From Octopus sinensis (taxonomy: Eukaryota), in the NCBI RefSeq assembly GCF_006345805.1, contig NW_021832432.1:186001-250000 (forward strand): a stretch of DNA of 64,000 bases, read 5' to 3'. The notes beneath the pieces are model-generated. The model did no database searches. It was given only the letters and a program-made list of their open reading frames with translations, and was not told the DNA's origin. The translations under genes and the position numbers were made by a program. Positions 13,989 through 26,844 of the stretch are shown piece after piece; position 1 is the stretch's first letter, and each line of letters opens with the position of its first letter.

Positions 13989-14044
13989 CTGATCTCTAGC
14001 TTCTCTTCATGCTACTTGATATTATTCCATCCTTTCTCACCACT

Positions 14045-14165
14045 TCGTTCCAGGAAGATGTGGGTTGAAGTATTGAAAAAGGATCTTCAGATGTTGGGCC
14101 CCACAGAGGGGATGACAAGGGCCTGAAACTTCTGGGGGTTTGCTGTGCTTGAGAAGACCTATCAT
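14045..14165 (+). mobile_element. RTE-clade LINE 3' coding remnant, followed by family C-like sequence
   Basis: Translates ..RKMWVEVLKKDLQMLGPTEGMTRA*NFWGFAVLEKT, resembling the RTE C-terminal GRPKKTW...KDL...DR..WR motif. Confidence 0.55.
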
Positions 14166-14319
14166 GCTAAGTAAAATCATGGCAATCCTTGCATACAGGC
14201 ATGTCCCCTACATCCCTCTTCAGTTGAGTGATCCTAATCTTGCGGTCTCATGGGTGCTGGTGTCACATAAAACCATGCATGCCGGTGCCACGCAGAAACA
14301 CCTAGTACACTCGGTAAAG

Positions 14320-14685
14320 CTTGTATCCCAACCATGTGGTTTTGGGTTCAGTCCTGCTGCAAAGTACCTTGGGCAAGTGTCTTCTACTATGGTCTTTGGC
14401 TGACCAATGCCTTGTGAGTGAATTAGGTAGAAGGAAATTGAAAAAAGCCTGTCGTATATGTGTGTGTGTGTGTGTGTGTGTGTCTATGTCCCCCACCATT
14501 GACTGACAACTGATGTTGGTGTGTTTACATCCCTGTGACTTAGCAGTTCAGAAAAGAGATCAATGAAATAGAAACTAGGCGTACAAAAAAATAAGAGCTG
14601 GAGTAGATTCATTTACTAAAACCCTGCAAAGTGGTGCTCCAGCATGGCCACAGTCAAATGACTGAGACAAGTAAAAGATAAGAGA
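14320..14685 (+). mobile_element. Family A SINE, 5' truncated
   Basis: caaccatgtggttttgggttcagtcc...ccttgggcaagtgtcttctactat and the family tail. Confidence 0.8.
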
Positions 14686-15395
14686 TATCATTACCTTTAA
14701 GGTGGCAAGATGGCAGAATTGTTAGCATGCTGGGCAAAATGCTTAGCGGCATTCTGTCTGTCTTTGTGTTCTGAGTTCCAATTCCGTTGTATAGACTTTA
14801 CCTTTTATCCTTTAGGGGGCAATAAAATAAGTACCAGGTGAGCACTGGGGTTCATATAGTTGACCTACACCATCCCTTAAAGTCACCAGCATAGTAACAA
14901 AGTTGCTGTCATTTGTTATCAAGGTAGTCTGAAGATGAAGAGAACTCAATACAAGATAATTGTAGCATAAGAATTCATTGTGGGAATATATAGTGTAAAG
15001 TCTTTATACGTGTGTGTGTGTTCGTTTGTATATATGTATATACACACAGATACACATGTATATATGCTCATTCATACGTGTATATGTACTTGCATACATA
15101 CTTACATGTGTGTGTGTGTGTGTGTACATATGCACACATACAGATCTGTGTGTATGTGTATGCATCCACACATGAATATACTTATACATATGTGTACATA
15201 TAAACATATATTTACACAGGCATGTATATATATGTGTGTATGTATGTATGTGTGTGTGTGTATACACACACACATGCATGCACACACACACACATGCTCA
15301 TTTATAGAGGTTCTCCAAACTTACGACTGCACAAACTGCAAGTGAAATTAATAAAAGCAAATTATTAATGGAATGCATTATTTTTCAATATTTTT

Positions 15396-15430
<35 letters not shown>

Positions 15431-17449
15431 ATATATATACATACACATTTATACATATATATATTGTATTCATTTTGTTTTACATTTACTCTGATTTTAG
15501 AATCACCATTATTTTGCGCATAGCTTCTTTCTTTCTGATTGCAAAATATCAATCTTCTTGATTACATTTGTGTACTTCACCTTTATCATGGAATATAAAT
15601 TGAATGTGGCTAAGCGAGAACGTAAAAGTTGAAGGCAAACAGACATAAAGCCTGGTCACATTTGCTATATGTCAAGAATTTTTTTTTTTTTTTTTGATTT
15701 TTGTAGTCTTTTAAATTTTGCTTTTTTTTTTCTTGAACTTTAATGCTTTTCAACTTTATATAACTTAATATAACCGATAGGTTGCATGAGATGATAGATC
15801 AATATAACATTATATTGAATTTACGTGTGAAGCTTGTTTGAACTGCTGATGGAAACTAGATCTTCTGTAACTATTGTTGGTAATTATTATTATCATTATT
15901 ATTATTAGTTTGTTATTGCTCATGTTCTTTTATTTTACAGGCCGGACTGTTGACTCTCTCTATATAAGTCAGTCAATTACGACTATTCTATGTTAGTATA
16001 TACAATTGAGAACTAGTTGCCTGCTTATAAGAGCACAAACGGTTTTAATTCTAAGGTGGTGACTGTCATTGATTCAGGCATTCATTTGGCTCATTCACAT
16101 CATAATGTGGTTAAGAACTGAGTGGGTTGAGGGGGTGTTTGGAGTAGTGATGTTGTTGTTGACTTGCTGCTTAGATCCAGGTAAATGTTTTGGTAAACAT
16201 TGCTTGATCAAGCATGTGATCAAGGCTGTGATCAATGGCAGCCTTGTTATGATCATAATGTGTTTTTATAGATGCATAAGAGTACATCTCATGCAGGAGT
16301 TCTCAAAGTGACAAACATCAGAACCCTCTCCCCCACTTCATTAGTCATTACCACCTTCTTTCTTAATTGCTTCTAATTGAAGTACAAGGTCAGTAGTTTC
16401 GAGTTGAGGGTGTTAGGTGATTACATGAATCACAATGCTTGATCCATAGTTTATTTTATCAACTCTTGACAGATGAAAGGCCAAAGTTGACCTCAGCAAG
16501 ATTTGAACTCAGAATGTAGACAGCTGATGCTCTTCTGATTCTACCAATCCATCACTTTGCACCACCTCTTTGCTGCAAAGGAACACACGTGCACGAGTCA
16601 GATTGTTCCCATAACATTTCTGTTTTAGCATTCTGCCAGTATTTAACTTATATTTTCCCACCCATCTTGGTTTTGGGCTTTCTTTATGCATTCCAATATT
16701 TTCACCTTTGTCTACATCTCAGTATCATTGAATCACTTTCTCCTTGGTTACCCTCTTCTCTTTTTACTTCTTTATATTTTCTAAACACACTGTGTTTGTA
16801 TGTGACCCCCACTCAGTCTACTGAATCATTTCATTTTCCTTCATTGTGTAGTTTTTATTAGTCTTTATTCTTCTCAGTCAACACATCCTTTTCAATACTA
16901 GATTGACTGAGACAGTCATTGATTATTTAATACAAACTTCCTGCATTAAAGAGATCTAAATTAAAACCTTCATTCAAAATTTCATGTTAATTTATGTTTC
17001 AAACACCAGCTTAATAATGACAAAATTATTTTCTTAATTTATTTCATTATTTTCAAAATTTATTGAAACAGAAGCAGTGCATTTCAACAGAAATATAGTA
17101 ACAAAAATGATTAAGCTATTGTAAATCCAACTGGCTTGTTCAGTAATCCTTCCATTAAATTTTCTAAATATCCCGGTATTTTCTGATTGTACTCAAAAAC
17201 TCACTGTGTTCTTGCAGTGTGCAGCACTCAAGTATGCTGTAACACATTGATTGTAGAGCCTCTGAATTAGAAGAGATAAACTATTTATTCTTTGACCCCA
17301 CAGCCAGCCTTGGCCTTGTTATTGTTGTTTTTTGCCCCCAAATAAGCTCTGATTGAGTAGATCTATAATCAAACATGTTCCAGCAATAAGCATCTTATCT
17401 TATTGTATTATCCATGATTACATTGTCTGATGTGTCCTTTATTTATAAT

Positions 17450-18034
17450 GGTCATCATCATCATGTTCGACCGTGGTTGAGACAATGGAATTTACTATGC
17501 TACGCCAGACTTCATGGTCCATCATAGCATTACGGAGGTCCTGTTGCTGGATGCCTGTATCCCTGTGCACCCTCTGGTAACGCGAGTAGATTGCTTCCAG
17601 AGGAGAAGAGTAGAAATTGCCTCATTTTCAGCTCTACAACAATGTCCAGCAAACTGGACTCTTCTACCTTTCACAAGAGATGATACAGATGGTAGTTTCC
17701 CATATATTTGTACTTGGTTGGATGGCGCTTCCGCAAGAGATTTTGAGCTCTCATAAGGAGGCAAGTGTAAGTTCCAACCAACCGCCTCTCAAGCTTCTTT
17801 GATAATGTCCAGGTTTCTGAGCCATATAGTAGAATTGGTTCGACTGTGGCTTTGAAGATTTTGAGTTTGAAATCTCTACTTAGATTTGATGACCAGATCT
17901 TATGCATATCATTACAGGCTGACCAGGCCATACCCTTTCTAGTTAGAAAATCTTTTCCAGATGACGATATGTATGACCCAAGATATTTGTAATATGTTTA
18001 CATATTCAGTCTTGGACTCATTGAGGTAAAGACC
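17450..18034 (-). mobile_element. RTE-group LINE 3' fragment (RT C-terminus) with a (GAT)n tail
   Basis: GLYLNESKTEY...YKYLGSYISSSGKDFLTRKGMAWSACNDMHKIW...PILLYGSETWTL...RRVQFAGHC across frameshifts. Confidence 0.9.
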
Positions 18035-18284
18035 TATAATGGTAGGGTATGATTTGAAAGAGATTTGGCTGCTATTTCTGGGAGGTCAAGTGACCTTGTA
18101 TAAGCACCCTCATTGGTTTAATGGCTCAAATTATTTTGATGTGCTGATATGTATCTATTCTATCTTGTTATCAATAAAATAAACTTGCAAGTCAAATACT
18201 CGGTTAATTTACTCACACAAGATGACAAAGGACTGAGATACTCGGTGCTTTGCTGTACTAACAGCAGAAATGTTAAGACCATTC

Positions 18285-18570
18285 CCCCTTGTGAAGGGGA
18301 TTGGTCTGCAAGAGTCTTGTGCTGGTGCCACATAAAAAGCACTCATGCTGGTGCCATGTGACAGTGCTCACGCCAGTGCCACATTAAAAGCACCCAGCAC
18401 CCACTCTAATGTAGTTGGCATTAGGAAGGGCATCCAGCCATAGAACCATAGAAACCAAGCCAAATCAAACTAGAACTTAATGCAGCTCTCTCTAGTTCTC
18501 TGGTCAAACCGTCTAACCCATGCCAGCATGGAAAATGGACGTTAAAGGACGATGATAATGATGATGATGA
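18285..18570 (+). mobile_element. Family C element
   Basis: gttggcattaggaagggcatccagcc...ggacgttaaaggacgatgat tail. Confidence 0.75.
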
Positions 18571-18962
18571 TGATAATAATGATGATACTTGTGCCTGACA
18601 ACAAATTCCTCTTAGTACCATTAGCACTAGTGTGGAAGAAAGTGTAATCCTAATGACCACAGCACTCCTGTGTGGAATGCTGTGGTCATCATTAGCTTGC
18701 ATAAACATAATAATCAAACAAAATTACACAAATCCTATAATTAACAGGATGTGTGCCATGTTTGTCATTGTGTCCAATAAAAGAACCTCATTATTTGATT
18801 GCTGCTTTTTTTTCTTCTGTTTACAATGGCTATGTGGTTAACATGCTCACTTTCCAATCACATGGTTTTGGGTTCAGTCCCACTACACAGCATCTTGGAC
18901 GAGTGTCTTCTACAATAGCCCCTGGCAAACCAATGCCTTATGAGTGAATTTGGTAGACAGAA

Positions 18963-19000
<38 letters not shown>

Positions 19001-19001
19001 A

Positions 19002-19318
19002 CAGGTTATGATGGTGTGGGTTCCAGCTGATCAAATCAATGAAACCGCCTGCTTGTGAAATTAACATGCAAATGGCTGAGCACTCCACAGACACGTGTAC
19101 CCTTAATGTAAGTTCTCAGGGAGATTCAGTGTGACACAGATTGTGACAAGGCTGGGCCTTTGAAATACAGGTACTACTCATTTTTGCCAGCTGAGTGGAC
19201 TGGAGACGATGTGAAATAAAGTGTCTTGCTTAAGGACACAATGCATTGCTGGGAATTGAACTCACAATCTTATGATCTTGAGCTGGACACCCTAACTACT
19301 AAGCCATACACATTCACA
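19002..19318 (-). mobile_element. tRNA-headed SINE (family D variant) nested in a family A copy
   Basis: Reverse-complement match to 51130-51427. Family A sequence lies at about 18830-18960 and 19320-19570. Confidence 0.7.
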
Positions 19319-22300
19319 CACATAATTGTGTATGTGTGTATACATGTGCTTGTGTGTTTGTGTCTGTGTTTTATCTCCCTCTCACCACCTGACAACCAGT
19401 GATGGTTTGTTTACATCCTCATAACGTAGTGCTTCGGACAAAAGAGACAAATAGATAAGCACCAGGCTGAAAAAAATAAGTAGTGAAGTTGATCTGTTTG
19501 ACTAAACCTTTCAAGGCAGTGCCCCAACAATGGCTGCAGTCCAATGATTTAAGCATGTAAAAGGTATAAGATAAATCTGTTTATCCTAAGATTAACAGAT
19601 ATTTACAAAAGGATAAATAGTCAAATGAAGAGATAGTTGCCAGATTTACTAATTGGTAGATTTACAAATATCTGTTTGACACAAGGCTAGCAATTTCGGG
19701 TGTAGGGGGTAAATCAATTACATCAACCCTAGTTCGCAACTGGTACTTATTTTATCATCCCCTAAAAGCTGTTATTTATGATGATGATGACTTATCTCTG
19801 TGTCACTCCCAATTGAGAAGACTTTTGATCAAAGGCGTTCCAGCCATGACCATCCCAATTTTTGTAGCATTGAGTCACCCGATTTGACACCATCACCTGG
19901 TATCTTCCTCGGGTGAGTTTATCAGTGTTCATTTTGATGCAAACATTTGGGTTAGATCTGGTTCAAGGTAAAGTCTCCTGCTTTTCTCCCTCTCTCTCTC
20001 TCGTCAGTCTTGGATGATTTATTAAGGGGCATGGCCATTACCTCTTCCCCTGACCAAGCAGTACCTCTACTCTACAAAGCTATGTTATCCAATATAGCCT
20101 TTTGAAAGACAATAGAATGTAATTTGCAGTACATATGGCTGCTGCTATTTCTAGCAGGTCGGGCAATCACATTGAGTTTCCCCATCCTCCCTTGGTTTGT
20201 CAGATTGACAAGTTTTATATGTATGCTTAGCCTGGTGTATAATAGGAATCTGATGCTGAGGTAAGATAGGAATGTGCTCAGAATTGTGCCATGGATCTGT
20301 ATATATATACCATTGTTCGTTTGAAACAGATGGCAGCCTATTTATGTCTCTTCTCTGTGTAAAATACTACACAGATAGTCATTCATCTGCTACATTGGGA
20401 AGCAGATTTAAACTTGGTCTCCTGATGCTGTCAATTCTAGAAATGGCTCAAAAATGAAAAGGAGGAGGACGGCGTCGGCGGCGACGAAGGGGAGGAGCGG
20501 GAAGAGAAAAGACGAAGAAGAAGAAGAAGGAAAAGAAATAACAAAGCTTGTTTTTAGTTCTGTCTATAAATTACTGCTGTTTGCAGTTTGATTTTTCTTC
20601 AATGAATCATATTAGTGTTTAATACAACACTCTTGTATGTATGCGTGTGTTCTATGTACATACATATATATGTATGTATGTATGAATGTGTCTGTATATG
20701 TGTTTGTTGTGTGTGTGCGTGTGTATGTATCATCATCATTGAACGTCCGCTTTCCTTGCTGGCATAGTTATGTACGTGTGTCTGTGAATATGTATGTGAA
20801 TATGAAACAAAATGAATATATTTATTCTTATTACCCTGCCATAAGCATGTTAAGAATTTTTTTTCCTCTACTGAATATGACTGAAAGATAATATTGTACT
20901 TCATATTTTCTATGAATGCTTCTTTCTAGGGAAGAGAAAAAGCGAGAAAGAGGGAGGGAGAGAAAAGAAACTAATATCTATTTTAAAATAGATATTTTAT
21001 CAGTTTTCTTTTTGCTTATTGTATTCACCTACAACTTCAGCATTGAAATGAAAGCATAAGTTTATTTTATTTTATTTTGAAGAATATACTTTCTTTCGTA
21101 ATTATCATGAATCTCCATATATTTAACATACGCTTTTCCTCACCAAAATTAAAATTAATATTAGTTATTTGTTGTTGTTGTTGTTAAGCAACAAGATGGG
21201 TAAGGGTGATTAGGTGATGGTCTAGGGCTTAGGGGTGGGAGACCCCAGACCTTGGAAAAAAAAAACTTTGGTCATCTTGTTGTAGTCGAGGGCTCTTCGT
21301 TGATGCCCAACACCACTGGGAGGTGGCCCTCGAAGTTGCTGGAAATGGAGATCTCCAGGTCCAAATTCTTGGACAGCTTAGTTATTTGTATAAGGTGGTG
21401 AGATGGCAGAATCATTAACATGCCAGATAAAATGCTTAGCCTTCTGAGTTCTAATTCTGCTGAGATCAGCTTAACCTTTCACCCTTTTGGGGGTTGATAA
21501 AATAAGACTAGTTGAGAACTAGAGTCAATGTAATCAATTTACTCCCTCTCTCAAAATTGCTGGCTTTGTACCAAAATTTGAAACCAATATTATGTGTTTA
21601 ATACATAAATCTTTAGTTAAATATATTCAATGAGAATATTATAAACTGAATTTATATTGAGTGCTCTATTGTATCAAAGTATTGATACTATTAAAGTATT
21701 TATATATTTAATACAACTGATTATAAATATTTTATAATATATTATTATTAATATCAGGAAATCAATATTAGAAAATTCTTCAGAAAGATATATGTGTGTG
21801 TAAAATAATTATTGTATTAAAAATATAAATATATATATATAAATATATGTATAAGTATAAATATATATATATATGTTAGTTTAAAAGTTTTGAATTAAGT
21901 TTTTAAAGCATCTTACAATCGTTTCACAGAAGTGCTGTCTCTATAATGGAGTCCTATATTGATAAGCATTTATAGACAACTCTTCTGCTCTTCAGAGATA
22001 TAAAATTTGAATTTTGTATAATATATCAAATGGCTTTTTTTTTTTTAAATTTGAAGTAATATTATAAAATGGTGTTTGTTTGAAATATAAATTAAAAATT
22101 ACTGCCTTTGATTTTGGTAAGTACACTTTAGTATGAGAGCCATGTGTTTAATACATGATATAAGATTGCAAAGTTTTTCACTGATAAACTTTTATTAAAG
22201 AAAAAAAAAACAAAAACAACCTACAATGTAATAAAGCTTTATTATAAGGAAGCTTTAAAAGTTGATATATTGGATTATAGAAGATTGAAGATTACCTCCT

Positions 22301-23438
22301 CTTGAGTAGTTGTGTAACACTGTGTTATCCAAAGCATTATAAGGTCTTAAAGACAATTTAGGCATGAAACATGATGCATGCTATACATAGTCTTATTATA
22401 TAAGGGCTTATACATATATAACAGTGTGTGTTATACATGTATAATAATCCTATGTAAAACTCTACCATATATGACATTGTGTGCTCTAGGGATTTTAACA
22501 GAATTCAGGCACAAAATTCATGATGTCCATTATACATGGGGTTTAACAGTATTAAAAACCATTCATTCTTCTCTTCAATCAACTCCTTCTCCTCCTCCTC
22601 ATCAAGTCATCAATGTCTTCTTGCTCATCATCATCATCATTATTGTCTTCATCATCACCACCACCGACTGTCATGATGCTGGTAGTAGTAGTAATGATGA
22701 TGATGATGGATAGGTAGATAGTGTTACTATTGCTAGTCGTTGTTGTTTAACATCATAATTCAGAACTGATTAAACTAACCTATAAGATAAAAGGTATTCT
22801 AGTCTTGACCATTCTGTCCTTTTTACCTATTTACTGGGAGTCCAGTGGCATGCTTCATGACATGTCCTTTTCTTAAGATGCTAGAGGAGTGAGTTGAAAG
22901 AGACTTAGACTAGCAATCGAGTAGATGTTTAATACCTGATATATAAAAATAAATTCTTATAATAATATATTTTCAGAGTTTGATTTATTGAGCCTGGAAG
23001 GTAGAAAGGCAAAGCCAACCTTAGTGAGATCTAAATGTAGAGTGCATAAAGGCATAACGAAATACAATTTTGCATTGAATCCAAGCCATTGAGAGAGCTT
23101 CTTCATGGTTGATTGATCTGCCAAAAGTAAAAATCTCTATCAAAAAGTAGATGGAGAGACATATTGGATTACATATATCATGCATGCTGGCAAAAGTATA
23201 CTTCCAAAGATACCTGACGTATGACAGGAGATAGTCTAATTATTATTATGTTGGACCTTGGGAAGGTTGTTATTATTATTATTATTATCATTATTATTAT
23301 TATTATTAAGGTGATGGGCTGGCAGAATTGGTAGTACACTGGATGAAATGCTTAGCTGTATTTCGTCTGTTCTGAGTTCAAATTCTGCTCAGCTCAACTC
23401 TGCCTTTCATCTTTTTGGGGCCAATAAATTAAGTACCA

Positions 23439-23693
23439 CGGAGGCGCATGGTTTAGGGTGTCAGCATCATGATCGTAAGATTGTGGTTTCAATTCCTGGA
23501 CCGGGCGACTCATTGTGTTCTTGAGCAAAACACTTCATTTCACGCTTCTCCAGTCCACTCAGCTAGCAAAAATGAGTAACACTGCGATGGACTGGCGTCC
23601 CATCCAGCTGGAGAATACATACGCCATTGAACCGGGAAACTAGGCCCATTTGCCTGGCTAGGCTTTAAAAGGGCGCATTTATTTTATTTTTAT
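23439..23693 (+). mobile_element. tRNA-headed CORE-like SINE inserted in a family B SINE, with a 14-bp TSD
   Basis: taaattaagtacca at 23425-23438 and 23694-23707; head ggaggcgcatgg...ggtttcaattcc; (ATTTT)n tail. Confidence 0.85.
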
Positions 23694-24079
23694 TAAATTA
23701 AGTACCAGTGAAACACTGGGGGTCAATGTAATTGACTAGTCCCTTCCTCCAAAATTTCAGGCCTTGTGCCTTTAGTAGAAAGGATTATTAGTATTATTGT
23801 TAAGGCAGCGAGCTGGCAGAATCATTAGTATACCAGACGATATGCCGCTAAGCATTTTCTCCATCTTTATTTTCTTAGTTCAAATTCTGCCAAGGTCAAC
23901 TTTACTTTTCATCCTTTTGGGATTGATAAAATAAGTACCAGTTAAACACTGGGGTCAATGTAATTGACTAGCCTACCTCACAATTTCAAGTCTTGTACCT
24001 ATAATAGAAAGGATTATTATTACTGTTGTGGTTTTTGGTATTTAATTTCTTCTCCTTTTGTATTATTATTAATACCTTC

Positions 24080-24411
24080 CATGCCGGTGGCACGTAAAAA
24101 GCACCATCCGAATCGTGGCCGATGCCAGTGCCGCCTTGACTGGCTTCCGTGCCGGTGGCACGTAAAATGCACCAATCCGACCATGGCCGTTGCCAGCCTC
24201 GCCTGGCACCTGTGCAGGTGGCACGTAAAAAGAAACAACTACACTCATGGAGTGGTTGGCGTTAGGAAGGGCATCCAGCTGTAGAAACATTGCCAGATAA
24301 GACTGGAGCCTGGTGCAGCCTTCTGGCTTCCCAGATCCCCGGTCGAACCATCCAACCCATGCTAGCATGGAGAACGGACGTTAAACGATGATGATGATGA
24401 TGATGATGATG
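24080..24411 (+). mobile_element. Family C element with three internal gtggcacgtaaaa repeats
   Basis: CpG-retaining, near-consensus sequence with a (GAT)n tail. Confidence 0.85.
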
Positions 24412-24585
24412 ACCTCTGCCTTCGCTAAGGTGGAGGTAATGCTTTCAGTCTGTTTGTTTGTCTGTCTGTGAATAAGATATCTCAAGAACCACTGGATGGA
24501 TTTGGATGAAACTTTCAGGGATGTTTGGCCTTGTGAGTGGCACGATCTCATTAGATTTTGGGATTGATCTGGTACCGAGCAAGAA

Positions 24586-24783
24586 TTCATCATCATCATC
24601 ATCATCATCGTTTAACGTCCGTTTTCCGCACTAGCACGGGTTGGACGGTTCAACCGGGGTCTGGGAAGCCAGGGGCTGCTCCAGGCTCCAGTCTGATCTG
24701 GCAGAGTTTCTACGGCTGGATGCCCTTCCTAACGCCAACCACTCCGCGAGTGTAGTGGGTGCTTTTTACGTGCCACCTGCACA
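24586..24783 (-). mobile_element. Family C element nested in the Helentron-like element
   Basis: (CAT)n followed by the reverse complement of the family C body. Confidence 0.85.
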
Positions 24784-25186
24784 GCTGGATTATTTTTCCG
24801 ATTCTTTTTACTTTACATGTATATGTAAAATTTCACATAGTTCTCTTGTACACACACACTCACACATTTTCAGCATTATACATTACCATCCCATTTCCAT
24901 TGTACACACACACACACACACACACATGCAAACATACCTCTTTTTACATACACATGTACTCACACTTCAAACGCTGTGTATTGGCTTTTTCACTCCTTCC
25001 TTCATTTTTCATCTATCGCCCCTTCCTTTCTCATTCACATGACATTCTCTTTGCCACTTCGTTTCATCTCTCTCATTGTCATTACTTTCTCTAACATCCT
25101 CTCAGTCATGGCTATTATTCTCACTACTTCCCCTTCACTGTATTAGTATTTCATCTCCTCTCCCTCCACCTCTCACTCAATATATA

Positions 25187-26844
25187 TCTCTTATTATAAA
25201 AGGCAGATTTTATCTGCCTCCCTTTGTAACTTATAGAAATCTACAATATAGGATTTCTTCAATTACAATTTACCTAGCATTTTTAAGAGTAGAATGCATC
25301 GGGTCATGCCAGGTCCAGTTTTAAAAATTTAAACTCCAATTAAGCAAAATTTACAGAAAACTCACATTCTGGTGTGTATGTCAAATACTTTTCTTAATGT
25401 GGTTTACACCACACGCACACGCACACACACAGTGTGCAACAAATAAAATGAAAGTAAATAGCGACAGAGTGATTTGAGGAAGACTAAACTGAAAGTATTT
25501 AAACCACTACTCAAAAAATAAAAAAACACAGCAAACAGAAACAAATAAATACATAACGATTTACTCCTCACACAATTTCTTCAATTAGAGTTTACCTAAT
25601 TTTTTCAAAGTACTCCATTCGGTCATGCCATAATATATTTCTTTCAATTTCACCCCCAATTAAGACAAAATTCGAGAAAACTCAATATTTTAACATTTCA
25701 CTCCGAAAGCATTGATATACATGTGTGCGTGCATGAGTGTGTGTGTGTGTGTGTTTGATGGGTTGTGCGACACAGAAAGTGTGGTGTGTAAGTGAAGTGC
25801 TTTTGTTAGTGTGTGTAAAGAGACAGACAGAGTGAAAGACAGAAATAACTGAACTTTTTTTATTCACTTTTTGTAGTGAGTGACTGAGAGAGAAAAGAGA
25901 GAGATAGGTTATGTATGTATATATGTATGTATGACTTCAGTGACACACACACACAAAAACACATATCTACGTACACCTAAAGCACGCACACACACACACA
26001 CAAGCGGAGCGCGAACTTCAAAGTTTTGGTAGTATTAATTTGCCAGCGTACTTCTAAGCGCGCGTAATTGAAAGTTTTCACTATGATATCATCACGTGCG
26101 AAAAAATTCGAAGGGTTTTGAACAATTGAGATACAGATGTCACGCCTGTATTGAAACCATTGCTAAGCTGCCGTAATTGCTTAATTAAGACTTTGTTTAA
26201 ATTGAAAGGGGCAAATATGTGACGAGGTTAAAAAAAAATACCCCAGAAAAAAAAATGTACTGCTGGTATTTATATAATTCACTACTATTTTGCTACAATG
26301 TCATGAAAAAGAAAAAATTTAGGTATGTAAATCGAATTCGCCACCCCCTTTTCCCCGTTCGCGTTTGTGTAAAAAAAATTATTATTTAAGTTTTAAAAAT
26401 TATTTACTTTGTTCAAAAAATATTAATATTAATTAATTTTCAAGAATTATTTAATTTTATTCTGTAAAATAGTAATTAATTCATTTATCTGTAAATCCGC
26501 GAGGTTCTTACTCAGGCACCTAGAATGGTAACCTTCAACTAACACTATCTCCTCCGAGACCCTGCGGCGCAAGTTGACCAAAATTGAGAGTATGGTAGAA
26601 GAAGGGTTGCTCTTCCTTCCGTAGAACATAAAATTCAAATTGGACCATCTTAACACCAAAAATTATTTACATCAAAAAGATGCTTTTTTCTATGAAAATC
26701 CCTATTTTTTACGATTTTTTCACTGCTGTGTTGCCACTTTTCGGTGTATTTCGACCAGAAAAATGTTCACAAAATTTTTACTTTTCAAAATTACAATTCC
26801 AGCGGGTCGAAACAAACCCGAGCAATGCCAGGCGATACTGCTAG
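25187..26844 (+). mobile_element. Non-autonomous Helitron, 1.66 kb
   Basis: A|TCTCTTATTATAAAAGG 5' end; subterminal hairpin cccgagcaatgccagg and CTAG|T 3' end; inserted in (TA)n without a TSD. The 3' 320 bp match 45845-46190 in reverse. Confidence 0.75.

Noticed and set aside
17218-17231. Further microexon-like acceptor/donor pairs (17218-17231 plus, 55792-55796 plus, 60459-60474 minus)
   Set aside because: Frame-shifting lengths on both strands and no supporting coding context; expected by chance.
20454-20591. CpG-rich patch encoding MKRRRTASAATKGRSGKRKDEEEEE
   Set aside because: Best explained as a decayed GGA/GGC/GAA trinucleotide run; short and without splice support.
21600-22260. Extremely AT-rich stretch as a matrix-attachment or regulatory region
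   Set aside because: Composition alone, in an already AT-rich genome, gives no specific support.
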